Shown: positions 48,520-60,890, counted from the first letter of the stretch. The stretch is DNA of 64,000 bases from Marsupella aquatica (GCA_973895155.1 OZ316898.1:1180751-1244750), one strand, 5' to 3'. The notes: generated from the letters alone by a model not told the origin. Numbers and translations: made by a program.

Positions 48520-49881
48520 ATGTCCTCCTCCTCTGAACTATCCAGTAGTGAGTACTCCTCCTCCAATGATGTGCCCCCTCCTCCTCAACCTGAGGTTACC
48601 GGTCCTCGTGGTCCTCCCCAGAGACTTTGTGAGTGCACCAGATGTGTGGGCCAAGTTTCTCAAAAATCTTATGTGTGTGCTCAACATATGGAGAGATATG
48701 GACGTCACAGGGGTCTTACTCTGGGGGCTTCTTCATCCCATATGGTATGTGGATTTCAATTGTTTGCCTTTTTTCCCTCATATTTTTCATAAGTGAATCA
48801 ATGTTTACACATATGGTTTTTTGTGGGTTTTTGCATGGAATAGGGATCCAGTATGCGTAGACCGGTGACACCACCACCCTATGTCCCATCACAAGGAGTT
48901 TTAGATGCTATAGGCAATGCACTTTCACAAGCCTTGGGTGTAGGGATCAGTATGAATCATGGGACTGACGAGGAATAGTCTCATGTGCCCACTGAGACAC
49001 GAAGACCCCGGTCCAGGCCCCAGTCCAAGAGGAGGCCACGAGCACCCAATGACCCATCAAGAACACTAGTTGAGGGTAGGTGGGGCATTTGTTCATTCAC
49101 TAGCAAGTGTGCCTCTATCATCAAAGATTGGGATCCTATGACTCTTGGCTTGCCTTATTTTCCCAGTTATGATGAGGAGATTGTGGTTTGGGGTAGACGT
49201 TGGATTGTGAAAGCTTCCACACTTGGAGAGAGACACGGATATGGCATATTTGCTTGTGAGGATATCATCATGGATGATGGGAGTGGGTCAAGTGCTCGTG
49301 GTAGAGAGGGTCCTACTTTGTTCCCATACGACCCATCTACAAGAGAAGACACTGGAACATGATCCTTGCACAACATCCTGAGTGGAAAACATATGCCCTA
49401 GAGATGGATACTTTTCATGGTAGCACTAGAAGGTATAGTGAGCAACGGGTGATAGACGGTGATCCCGTACGTAATGGGAATATTGTTGGCTTTATAAATA
49501 GTATTGTGGGGACTTGACCCAAGCGTAGGGCCAATTGTGAGTGGGTTTTTACCCCTGGGCCCTCACTCCGTGTAAAAGAAGTGGACCCCCCTACGATCGG
49601 ACCCTTTTCCTGTTTACCCCTTGTTATTTCCATTTTACTATTAAAAGTTCCCTTATTACCGGTAATAATTATAATTATTAGTTCAAAATGAATAAAAATT
49701 ACCCTTCGAGCGTTTGCACATCCTCCACGTATTAGTTAAGACTGAGGGCCCAGGGGTTTTTACTGATGGCCCAATGTCGGCACCATATGGAACGACATAT
49801 CATAAGGACAATTGCTTAGTTCTTGCCACTAGGACTATTAGAGCTGGAGATGAGTTATTCACACACTATGAGTGGGATTAG
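48520..49881 (+). pseudogene. Transposase-associated Cys/His exon (48520-48744) plus SET-domain exon (48844-49881), disrupted
   Basis: Exon 1 encodes CECTRC...CAQH. Exon 2 reconstructs to IVKASTLGERHGYGIFACEDI...LFPY.GPIY...YALEMD...VIDGD...GNIVGFINS...ANCEW...VLATRTIRAGDELFTHY. Confidence 0.8.
49553..49755. mobile_element. 203-bp MITE inserted in the SET exon
   Basis: TIR CCCTGGGCCCTCA, TSD GTTTTTAC (49545-49552, 49756-49763). Removing it restores the frame (EWVFTDG). Confidence 0.9.
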
Positions 49882-50129
49882 GGAGCCATGTCATACATCC
49901 TCTTGTACCTTGTGTGTACTTCACACTTATCATTATATACATGTCCTCTGGCCTCATTTTGGAGTAGTATAATTTTGGTGTGGCCCTTCACTTAAGTTCT
50001 TAATGTGAATGCATGCAATCAATCCTTAAAACTGATTGTTAATTTGTCTTGAATGAATGGTCTGAAGTCTGTTTTTGTTGTACCTGGTGAAATGTACATC
50101 AAGAGGTTTTTTGGTTGTGATGTGCGTAG

Positions 50130-53100
50130 AATGTGCAACCATCTCAACAAATGTTACCACGAAGGTTGAGAGTAGCATATCGGGAGATGGGCATGCCAGA
50201 AGAGGGAGAACCATCAGAGGATGATTCCTCATCAAGTAATGATGTAAGTGATCGTGGTGATGAGGAAGCAACACCTCAGACTGATGACCAGGATAGAGCC
50301 ATGGATGACTTCATGGTTGATTGGTTTGGTGCTGATGTTGAAGATGGTGTCCCTGACATTAGTGTTGAAAGGAGCTGCCCCCCAAAATGACCCACGACCA
50401 CAACATACTGATCCAGAGGGACAACAACAATGGAAGGAGGCTGAGGAACATGCCCGGACACCTATCTTTGAGGGTGCTTGGTTGAGTCGTGTGTCAGCCA
50501 TATTGGGGTTGTTGAACATTCAGGCCAAACATACTTAAGGCAAGCAATTTTATGTTATCAGACATATTTGAATATTGTCATGACTTGATGTTACCCTTGG
50601 AGAATGTGTTGCCTGGAACTTGGAAGGATGCAAAGAAGATTCTCTCATCCATTGGCATGGATTACCATATCATTCATGCCTGTGTGAATGATTGCATATT
50701 ATTTCATGGGGACAAAGCCCATATGGTAGAATGCACAGTATGTCATGAGCCACGGTATGACCCAAACATGCTAACCGGGAAGGTGCCAAGAAAAGCAGTT
50801 CGTTGGTTCCCCATTATTCCTCGCTTGTTGCACATGTATAGATGTTCTGACTTGGCCGAGTTGATGGTATGGCACAAGAAGCATCGTTCGGAGCCCGGTG
50901 TGATGCGATTACCAGTTGACTCTCCTGCTCATAAACATGTGGAGTCAACATGGCCAGATTTTGATTGTGACCCTCGGCATGTGCGACTTGGGTTGGCATC
51001 AGATGGGGTTAGCCCTCATTCACTTGGAGGGAAGGGGAGACCTACATCAGTTTGGCTGGTGGTTCTCATGAATTACAACCTTCCACCATGGTTGTCCATG
51101 AAAAAGGGCTTTTTATTGCTATCTTTGATTATCCTAGGGCCAAAGAAGGTGAAGAACGGACACCTATTTGGCATTAGTGGTTGAGGAACTCCAAAAATTA
51201 TGGGATGGAATATGGGCATATGATGGTCGAAAGACTACAGGGGGTACCCCACAGGTTTTTAAACTAAAAGGGGTTTGTATGTGGACCATGCATGACTACC
51301 CAGGTAAGAACTATGAAACTACAACACTTTTTTTTGTTTACATCCAGCATGATATGATAATGCATGTTATCCCCTCATTTCCATGTGCTAATTGTACATT
51401 ATGTGTGTCTATATGACCTGGATTTGGCTTTGTGAGTGGGTTGCAAACCCAAGACTACAAGGCTTGCTCCACTTGTGGCCCAAGTCTTGGTGATATAGCC
51501 AAGTACTCATCACACCTTCACAAGATTGTTTATCTTGGGCATACAAAGTTTCTGCCAATGGGCCATCAGATGAGGTTTGACCCACTACTATTTTCCTCCA
51601 TTGATATGCCCTTTGGTGATGAACGTGATATACCAGAGCCAACAACTTTTGCACATTGGAAAGACTTGGCTGATAGAGTGGCAAACCCGGAGGATCCCAT
51701 GCAATTTGAGGATAGCGGGTTGACTAGATGTTGTATATTAACCACTTTGCCTTATTGGGGAGAGTTGAAGATCTGCCATCTATTAGACCCCATGCACATT
51801 GAGGGAAATGTGGGAAAGGCTTTGATAAAGGCTTTCTATGGAGAAAAGGACACTAACTTCAGGGAGGCTTGTGAGGATCTTGAGATGCATCCAGATGTAT
51901 GGGTCACAATTGATCCTATCACAGGGATAGAACATCGACCTTCAGCCCCATGGGTGCTTCCTGTTGGCCAGAGAAGGGAGTTTAGGAATCGCATAGGAGG
52001 CATGCGGTTTTCTACTGGTTATGGTGCCAATCTCCGGAAAGCCTTTGGGATGGAGGACAATCATAAGTGGCCAATGTATCTCAAGACGCATGACTATCAT
52101 CGGTTATTGTAGCATATATTGCCCGTGGCCATAATAGGTTTGGCAAGTTCAGCAGTGCAAGATGCCATTTGGTCATTGGGAAAACTATTGAGATGGGTAT
52201 GTTCTAAGGAGATATATTGTGAAGAGATCCCGGGAATGGAGGTACTGGCAGCAGAGGTGGTATGCAAATTAGAAAAGGCCCTTCCTCCTTCCTTTTTTGA
52301 TTGCCAAGTGCATTTACTTGTTCATCTTGTTCATGAGGTGGCCATTGCTGGTCCTATGCATTGTCGGTGGATGTATTGGTTGGAACGGTACATGGCAGTA
52401 TTAAAGGGTTATGTACGTAACCGGGCACGGGTTGAGGGACGCATGGCTACAGGATACTTGGCAGCAGAGAGTATGTTCTATTGCAGTAACATATTGGCCA
52501 CAATTGATCGTACCTCTCCTCGTACTTGGGTAGAGGAGAGGGAAGATGAGGAGGATCGTTTAACAGGTGCTATCAAAACCCGCATGTTGACACCAGTGGA
52601 GTTGCATTGAAACAACTAACCACATTCATGTTGAGTAACAGCACTATCATGGAAGAATGGAGGGATTTCTATGAGGATGCCAAAAGTACCAGTAGAAGAC
52701 CAAGGATCTTTCCAAAGTACCATGACTACATGAAGGAGAAGTTGGTTGAGGTGGATGACATGGTAGCGAGGGGAGAGAATGTATTACATTTTCCAGCTAT
52801 CACAGATGACGTCCGTACCATTGTTCATGGTCCCTTGAGAATGGTTACAACAAGGACGGCAATGTGGACACAAGGGAGACATTTCAGGTTATTTCCAGGT
52901 ACCTTAGTAACCTTTCATCTATGGTGATTTTAATTTATGTGTAATGCACCCACATATATTGAAAAGACATTTTTTGGCATGTGATATTAATTGTTATATG
53001 TTTATGCCTATTTTTGTAACATGTCCTTATGGTTTGATGGATTTTAGGGTTTCTTCCCTTGATGAGAAGAGGGGTCGTACGTTTGATGGTGGAGTTCAAG

Positions 53101-53534
53101 GACAATTCTCTCAAGATTCCCGCAGTAGTCGCCATGACACAAATATTATTCGAGATGTTGTGCCACATTATGGAAAGATAGAGGAGATCCTAGTGATCTC
53201 TTATGATGCACAATCAAAGTGTGAAGAGTATGTCTTCAAGTGCAAGTGGTTCAAAGTGAACCTTGTAGGTAACAATCCCACCGTGCTTCAAGATGAGTGT
53301 GGATTTACACAGCTAAAGACATCTGCCACTAGTTTCCAGCCATCTCATTGGCAAACATCAGAGCCGTTCACTTTTCCAAGTCATGTGGAACAATGTTTCT
53401 ATATTCCATACCCCCCAAACCCAGAGGAATGGTCACTTGTCATCACATATGTGCCACGATCTCGTTCAGTTGTTGGGGAAAAGCCAGATATTCTGGTTGT
53501 GTCCCAACCTGAAGAGGATGAAGATCAAGTTTGA
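50130..53534 (+). pseudogene. CACTA TnpD (Tnp2-type) transposase, frameshifted
   Basis: CVNDCILF...CTVCHEPRY, RLGLASDG, YNLPPW, WTMHDYPG, LDPMHIEGNV, LKTHDYH, PPSFFDCQVHLLVHL, RWMYWLERY, FKCKWF, EPFTFPSHVEQCFY. Introns near 51304-51420 and 52889-53048. Confidence 0.93.
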
Positions 53535-56500
53535 GGGGTATATGTTATGTGGATATATAGTTAGATTTGAACATATGAGGATCTCTCTTCTTGGTTGGAG
53601 AAATATCTGTTTCTAAATTATTAATAAATTTATGTTTGCCCAAATCAATCTTGTAAGTATATCAATTATCAATAGTTTCACTAATTCTGGAATATTATTA
53701 ATGATTTGGAAATTTCATAACAACTTTTTGGAAATTTAAATCAACTAAATTTTAGATAAATATGAGACTTATCAATATCATATTTGAAATTTTTTGATCA
53801 AGATATATGAAGCTTAACAAGCTACTCCTAATAAATCTATGCATAACATACAATGTACTCTAGAACTCAAGTTATAGGGAAAAGAATAATTGGTGTTGGA
53901 AATTTCATGATCAAAAATTGGACAAAAGAATGTCTAGAGTTAGTGAAATCACTGATAATTTTAAATTTGGCTTTTTTACATCTTCCATCCCCAAAGTCCT
54001 ATGTACACTCCCACACCTTTTGGTACACTTTATGAAAAGAAAACTCATGTCGCTTGTAGTCATTCCTCCTTGTAGCTTTCCTTCTCCCACCCCCTAGCCT
54101 TTCTCTCTAGTACTTGTACCCACCTCCCTCCTCCCCTTGTCTCAACGTACCCCTTCCTTTGTAAAACCTATACATGCCCTCAATTTTTTCCACCTTTCAC
54201 TGTCCTCAACCTATGCTCCTCTCTCCTTGGCTTGTCCCCCTCCTAAACCTATACCTTCCACCCTCCCTCCCTCCTCCCTCCTTTCCTTTTCCCTCCCTAA
54301 ACTGTAGGTAGGTACGCTCCCTCCTCCCTCATTTCCTTGTGCACCCTAAACCGCCCTCCTCCGTCCTCCCTCCTCCCTTTGTTCCTTGTTCCCCCTTAAG
54401 TCAACCCTTCCTCCTCCTTTTCTTCCTAAAGTGTACCTCCCTAGAACTGTTTGTACCTCCTCCCTCCTCTCTCCTTGACCCTCCTTCCTCCATTCCTTGT
54501 CCCATGCCCTTTCTAAATCTGACAAACCCCAAAACCAATGTTCCAAACCATTTTGCAAACCCCACCCATCTCAACCTCATATATGGCTACATTAGCGATC
54601 CCCATCTCATCGCTAGATCCCATCTCAACACCATCGCTACATTCCGAAGCAACGCGTATCTCAACTTTCCAAAACTCAAGCCTTCTCTAAAGAGAACCAC
54701 TGAGGCGCCTTGATTTTGCGAGCCACACCATATCGCAAAGTAGCGATTCTCTAAGTTTCGCTATATTGCGATCAATTTTGCATCGCAAGCCGCTTTTTGA
54801 TTACAGAAGTATCGCAACGTTATCAATGCATTCGGCGTCACAAGTTGTTTGCGAAACGGTAAACATCGCTACTAAGTAGAATGCTCAAAGGTTCAGAAAC
54901 ATTTTGGGAGATATTTGGTTTCGCAAATATTTGCAAAGATTTGGGTTTCGCAAATAGTGGTTGCAAGGGGTGGCAAGGTCCACCACTTTAAATTTCTATT
55001 GGTCATTGATAGGTCACTTCTGATCAGTTTGGTAACTGTCCGATGGTCATTTTGGTTACTATTAATAAAAGGTGATATGTTGATTGGGACTAAAAGAGTT
55101 TTTGGAAATAATCCTTTTATGGCCTGGGGAGCATCTTGTAAACCTCACTGCAACAAGTAATGCTCCTTTAATCCCCCCTTTAATTAATTTGCCAAGAGAC
55201 AAGTTGAGGACCCATTGACTTGAAGTCAGGTAGTTCTTCAATGGCTAGAGCTCTTCAAGCTCAATCTTAGAGAAGAGAAATATGTTGAAGGATTTGTGGG
55301 TCCACTGTCCTTTAATGCAAATGACTCAAAATAGTGTTGAACCAAGCTGCTGGATCAGGAAACTGGACAAATGTTTTTGTCCCACTCCAGTCCTTGTAGA
55401 ATTGGCAAGTAACTATAGAAAGAAACCGAACTGTCTCCAACATTACCTAACTGTCTCCAACATTTGTCACTTGAACGGCACTTGTATCTTCTCCAATGGA
55501 TGGCCCCAATCACATGTTGGAGACCAAATAATATTTGAAAGTGCCACCAAGGTTCTTGGAAAGCCACCTTTAACCATTTTAATTGGTCAGCACAACGGAG
55601 TATGTGCAAGTTCCCATAGCCTAGCTTATGTCACTACATTTCAAAGCCACATATATAAATTATAGACTGGGCGAGGTGGGGAAGGAGCCTTTTATAGGTT
55701 CCCTACATAGGTCAAGTGCTACCAACAAACGTTCTTGAGTTTTCCAACATGCAACAGATTGGAGGACCACAATCCACGATGAGTGGGAACACTTTTGCTA
55801 TCACATATGATCTAAGACACAATGTCTAGAGGAGATCTAGTCTGGGGATCTAGTCGAAAGGATCTAGTTCATAGTAAGTGGTCTATAATGAACCTCTCCA
55901 CTTAGAGTGAGTATTTGTAAAGCAAATTCTAGTCCAGTAACGTTCTCAACGTATGATAAGAGATAGTACGTGGTGGACCTAGCCACCCAACGCCTTCACC
56001 AATTCCAGCACCCACGTCTAAGTGCCCTCCACGGAACTTCTTAGGCAAGCAACTTGATGCCTATTGCACCTAGCCAGTGGGCCACTCCCATACGAAGCCG
56101 CACTTGCTCTCTAACAAGACCGTCACTCAACGATACTCACTGTCTGCACAAGCAACCAAGCACTCTGGTAAATAACTCAAAGGATCTAGGCATTCCAAGA
56201 CTAGCATCCTCCCTAGCCCGTGTGGCCTTGCCATAAGCCGGAGCTAGAGCTGACACCCACTGTTCATCTAGAACAGCCTATGATAGGGCCTCGTCACTGA
56301 ATATCCTCGATAATTGTTTACTGGGTTGTGCCATGTAACTAACCATTGTAAATAAGCTGTTTTTTTAGTTTTTTTAGTTAATTCCGCTGCTATGCCCCGG
56401 AGGCCTATACTTATTTTTTTGGATGCCTACGACTCCCCAGCAAGCAAGAATGTTGGGACCTTGAAACTAGGGCCGGTCTAATTGGACACCCCGTTTCCCT

Positions 56501-57742
56501 TAGGCCCTTAGTTCCTTTTTGTTTTGATGAGACCCCAAAGGTTTGGGAGGAGGAGCGCTAATTTTCACTAAACCCCAGAAGAGGGAGACGCCATCAGGGG
56601 GAGCGTTAAAGGAGGCTTTAGGGGGAAGTTAAATCCCCCAATATGAGCTGCTGGGGCAAGGTTGCAGCCGGTGCGCTCGGGGATTTAGGGGGGTTTAAAA
56701 CCCCAGGAAGGGGCACCGCGAGTACTAAGTGAGGAGGCGCCAGGGTAGCGGAGCGCTATGGCAGGCCAGCGATAAAGGAGGCTGTGGGGGGGGATTAAAT
56801 ACCCCTTAAGGTGGCCGGGCATGGGGCGAGCCTCCATAGGGAGGCAAGCCGAGCGAGTCCCGCAAGTGACCAGGTGGCGCCCGGGAGACCCAACCCCCTT
56901 GCATAGGGAGGCGCACTGTGTGAGGCAAGGAGGGCACCGTGAGCCGGCGTGGGTAAGGAGCAACCGGGAGGTGCAGCACACGGGAGGAAGGCTGCTGGGA
57001 AAAAAAAGAACGGAAACGCGCCCTGCATAGGGCAGCGTGAAGGAAGGAGGGGGGGAATTAAATCCCCCAGCCTCGGAGGGGACAGAGCACAGTGCAAGCC
57101 TTGCATAGGGCCGCGTGCTGCCGGGCGGACGCTCCCGCGAGCTGTGGGAGAGGAGGAGGTGGCAGCCGCCAGCCGGGGCATGCATTAGCGGGTTGGAGGG
57201 GGGTTAAATTCCCCCGGCCACAAACGGAGCCGGGCACAGAGGGCTGATGAAGGAGGATCTAGGAGGTGCGGGGAGGCAATGAGCAGCCCCCTGCCTGGCA
57301 AGCGAGGAGTGGGCCAGGAGGGGCATTAAATGCTCCCGGTAGCCGGGAGGTCAGCACAGGTGGCAGCCGCGAGCAGGAGCAAGGAGGCAGGCGCATGGAG
57401 GTTGGCTCTGGGTAAAACGGGGAGGATCGGGAATTCCTTCCCCTTTGTTTTTTTCTTTGGTTTTTTTCTCTTTGCTTCCTTCTCCACGCGCGCAACTCCT
57501 TTCTTGGCCGAAAGCATTCTGCCCTCATTTCCGAAAGCAATTTCCCCAATGCCGAAAGCTCTCTACCAGCTCTTACACTTATTTTTGAAGCTCTCTCATG
57601 GTTGATTATGGGAGCTTGGTGACTCACTTTTTGGGGCATTAGAGGCGGTGGTGTTAAGTGACTTCGTGGGAAATTGAGGGTGGTTCTTAATCGTGATACG
57701 GGGGCCATTCGGGCCAGGATTTACATTCGGTGACGGGATTTT

Positions 57743-59626
57743 GTGATTGAGTACTTTTCTGGAGCATGGATGCTTGATCGGCCTGAGTTCAGTGCAGCTC
57801 GCATTCGTAGATATAAGGCCGCTTACCGTGAGTACATTGTGACACTAATTGAGGAGGAGAGAGAAGAAAGAAGAGCGGCAATGAGCACTCGACCGGCAGC
57901 AAGTCCAGCACCGGTTATGAGGAAGGTTTTCCGTCGGATTTATCCCAAGACCTCTGCCAAGGTGATGGAGGATTGCAAAGCCATGTTCAGGCCACCGGGC
58001 TCACCGACTTCATGAGAGTAGAGATTAGAATCCCTCCAGGGAAGAGTTGGGACTTGGAGGCTGGAATGGAATTGCGCATGGAGGGGATTTATTTCGCATG
58101 TATTCAACGTTTGATACCTCATACCGAATTGGCTAAACTGTTGTTTTTGGAGAACCAGCAGTTCTCATTCACCCCCCAGAACATTGTCGGGGATCTCACG
58201 TTGACAATGGTGGCATGCTGGGTGAACAATCCTACCTCCACCACGGCCATTCATCTCTCGGTCGTCAAGGATGCAGCACACAAGGGATTTCTGGCCAAGG
58301 TTCATCAACGGGTCCTCGGTAATGTGAAATCCGGAGTAGTGAACGGGGAACATTTCATAATTGCTCTGGACATTCGGAAATATCCAGCCCATGCTTACGG
58401 ATGGTGGTATTATGGATTGACAAAGCTATTGGCTGCTGAACCCAAGAGTCTGAAACCAGAGGGAGCTTTGCATTTGATGGGGTCATTTTTTTTTGCCAGG
58501 GCAAAAGGATTGATTACCTCCCCGGGGGCCGAAGAAGCGGGGTCATCCCTTACCATGGAAATCCGCAGCATTGCCACTACCATCTTGGGGAAACTCACGG
58601 AGGTGCCAACAGTGTTAGCAGGAATAGGAGACAGTCAAGTTGAGGAAGACATCCAGGATGAGGAGTACACATTGGAGTGGCTGGAATCTTTGGTGGGGAA
58701 CCCAGAGGAGCCCCTTGCTTACGACATTCCAGAGGTCTACTTGGCGGAATTACGGGATTTTTGTGAAGGGGCTCAAGCTAGCCCACACATTGAGAGATGC
58801 GCTCAAGCAGGTCAACACAAGGGTGGAAACATTGCAGCAGGGTGCCACGTCGATGAAGGAGGTGATCAAAGCTAAGGAGGAAGCCATACAAGAGAAGGCC
58901 AAGCTTCTCCAGGCGGCTCAAGTGGAGATTTCTCACTTGAGGGGGGCCTTGTCTACCAAGGCCAAAGAAGCAGAGGAAGTTGGAGTGCTGAGAGAAGCAT
59001 TGGCCAAAGAGAAGCGGAACACGGGAGAAGTGGAAAGGTTAATTAAGAGGCCAGATTGCAGAACTACGGAGTCAGGTGGGGATCTTTGAGACTAGGGCCA
59101 AAAGGAGTGAGGCCTTGAGTCTGGGGAAGCGGAAAAGTCCCTGCCCACCTAGCTCCACGTTTTCCCCTGACCTGGTCTCCAAGGCCATTGAGATGGTGGT
59201 GAAGGAAGTAAGTGAGAAGTACGGTCCCCTGCTGGAAGCTGCCAAGAAGAATCAGGAGAAGAGTAAAAGCTTGGAGAAAAAGCTCAAGGAGGTACTAAGT
59301 CGTTACGGGAGGCCTAGGTCAATACGGGAACCCCGGGGATGCCGCCCAGATCTGTGACACCAGGGACTCCCATGGCCACCGGGCAGGTTTTACCGTTGGA
59401 GTTGCAATCTGGAGAGAAGGCTGCTTTGTGGAAAGATACCATCGGTGAGGGCTATGTCAGGGCTTGGCAAGCCTTGGCGGCATTGAGGAAGCAAGGGAGC
59501 ACTAGCGAGAGGAGTACACCTGTGAAGAAGAAGAGAAGTGGAGTAGTCTCCACTCCGATTGAGAGCGACGAAGAGACCAACTCACAGGGCTCAAGCCATG
59601 GCACATTGAGTGAGGAGGAGGACTAG
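57743..59626 (+). pseudogene. Decayed intronless ORF, probably a retrotransposon accessory ORF with a coiled-coil C-terminal half
   Basis: ORF pieces 57743-58015, 57973-58875, 58640-59089, 59076-59357 and 59339-59626 join through frameshifts. GC-rich leader and LTR-like downstream sequence; no RT/INT motifs. Confidence 0.45.
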
Positions 59627-60890
59627 GGTAACCGTACGGACTTATCATACGACCTCTGGATTTTGAAACTTTTTGGAAGGGTGCACTCACGGGCTTGTTG
59701 GAAGGAGCTCGTGGAGGTGATTCCAACAAGAGGCGGCGCTCCTCAAACGGAGCCAGGATGAGTAAGTTAGGGCTCGACGAAGTTGATAAGTACGTGAAAC
59801 TAAAACGACCATAACTTGGTCGTCCGATGTCCGTTTCGGGAGCGGTTTGGTGATTCATGATCAGGAGGAGCAGGGCTACCCAGGGGTGAGTTCAGAGGTG
59901 CAATAAAAGTGGCACCTAGATTTGGAAATTGTGGGGTCACTTGTATTTTCGCGGTTCACGGAGCAAGGTTGGGGCGCCGTCGAACGCACCGTCAGTCCCA
60001 TTATTAGATTAGGGTTTTAGGAGCATGTGTGTGTCGCATGCTTTAGGATTAGGGATTTCTTTCGTGAAGGTTTTAGCGGTGCCGCTAGGTAGCCGCCATC
60101 CTTGTGACCCCATGAGGGGTGCTTTGGTGTGTTGTTTTCAGTATTTAGGGGGAGAGCCCCGTAGTAGTGGGGGGGGACTCAGTCTAGTGTTTGCTTAGGG
60201 AAGTTAGCTCATAGCCAGAGGAGGGAATCAAGCCAGAGTAGTGAGGTAGAGGTGTAGCACTTGCCTCAGTGAGGCAGTAGTTGGGCAGATAGCAGGAGGC
60301 CGGGTTGTCCTTGCAATGTGTTATGACGTTTTGCCAAAAGATATGGATTTGGTTTGATTCCTCAAGTTTTGGTGTGGTGTTGCCTTTTCTAGTTCACGAT
60401 TGTGTTCTTTCCCCAAGAAGCGTCTAAGGAATCCTTGCACGGTTTGGTCAACCATGTGAGTAGGAGGGGTGGTGACAGCACTCCACCAACGACCAGTAGG
60501 AGTATGTGTGGTGTAGTCCATGGGACTTGATCAAAAGCAGAGAGGCTAGTCGTTAGACTTGATCAAAATTACACTTCCGGGAGCGGAATCAAACATACTC
60601 ATCCTACATGCAATAGAATCCTAATAGCGTCCCTCCACGTTCCCGTCATACGATAACAAACGATTTTAGTTGAGTAAATAGATATTTGTTGTGCAAATCG
60701 TTTGATAAGCAGGTGACACAGCCCCTCTTTGGGTGCAGCCTGTGCTCCCCCATGTACCTATCCGTCTCTGGTTGACCGCCCTGCCCCCAAGACATGCTCA
60801 TGGCCCAAATAGCGTAGCTTGTCCTAAAGTTTGTCCTAAAACGTCAAGACCAAATGGCCTCGACTCTAGCACCCAACTCATAGTTCTCAT

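Larger units (their letters stand above)
44258..54959 (+). mobile_element. CACTA/EnSpm DNA transposon (~10.7 kb) carrying TnpD, a SET-domain exon and a divergent TnpA-like gene
   Basis: Left end CACTACAACACAA preceded by GTT. Dense TTGCGA/TCGCAA subterminal repeats at 44280-44740 and 54590-54955. TAGTG followed by GTT at 54955-54962 (right TIR shortened, so the right end is less certain). Confidence 0.85.

Noticed and set aside
54060-54713. Pro/Ser-rich ORFs in the CACTA 3' region
   Set aside because: Low-complexity C/T-rich sequence typical of CACTA subterminal regions.
55282-55665. ORFs right of the CACTA as a gene or LINE fragment
   Set aside because: No motif I can support; left unannotated.
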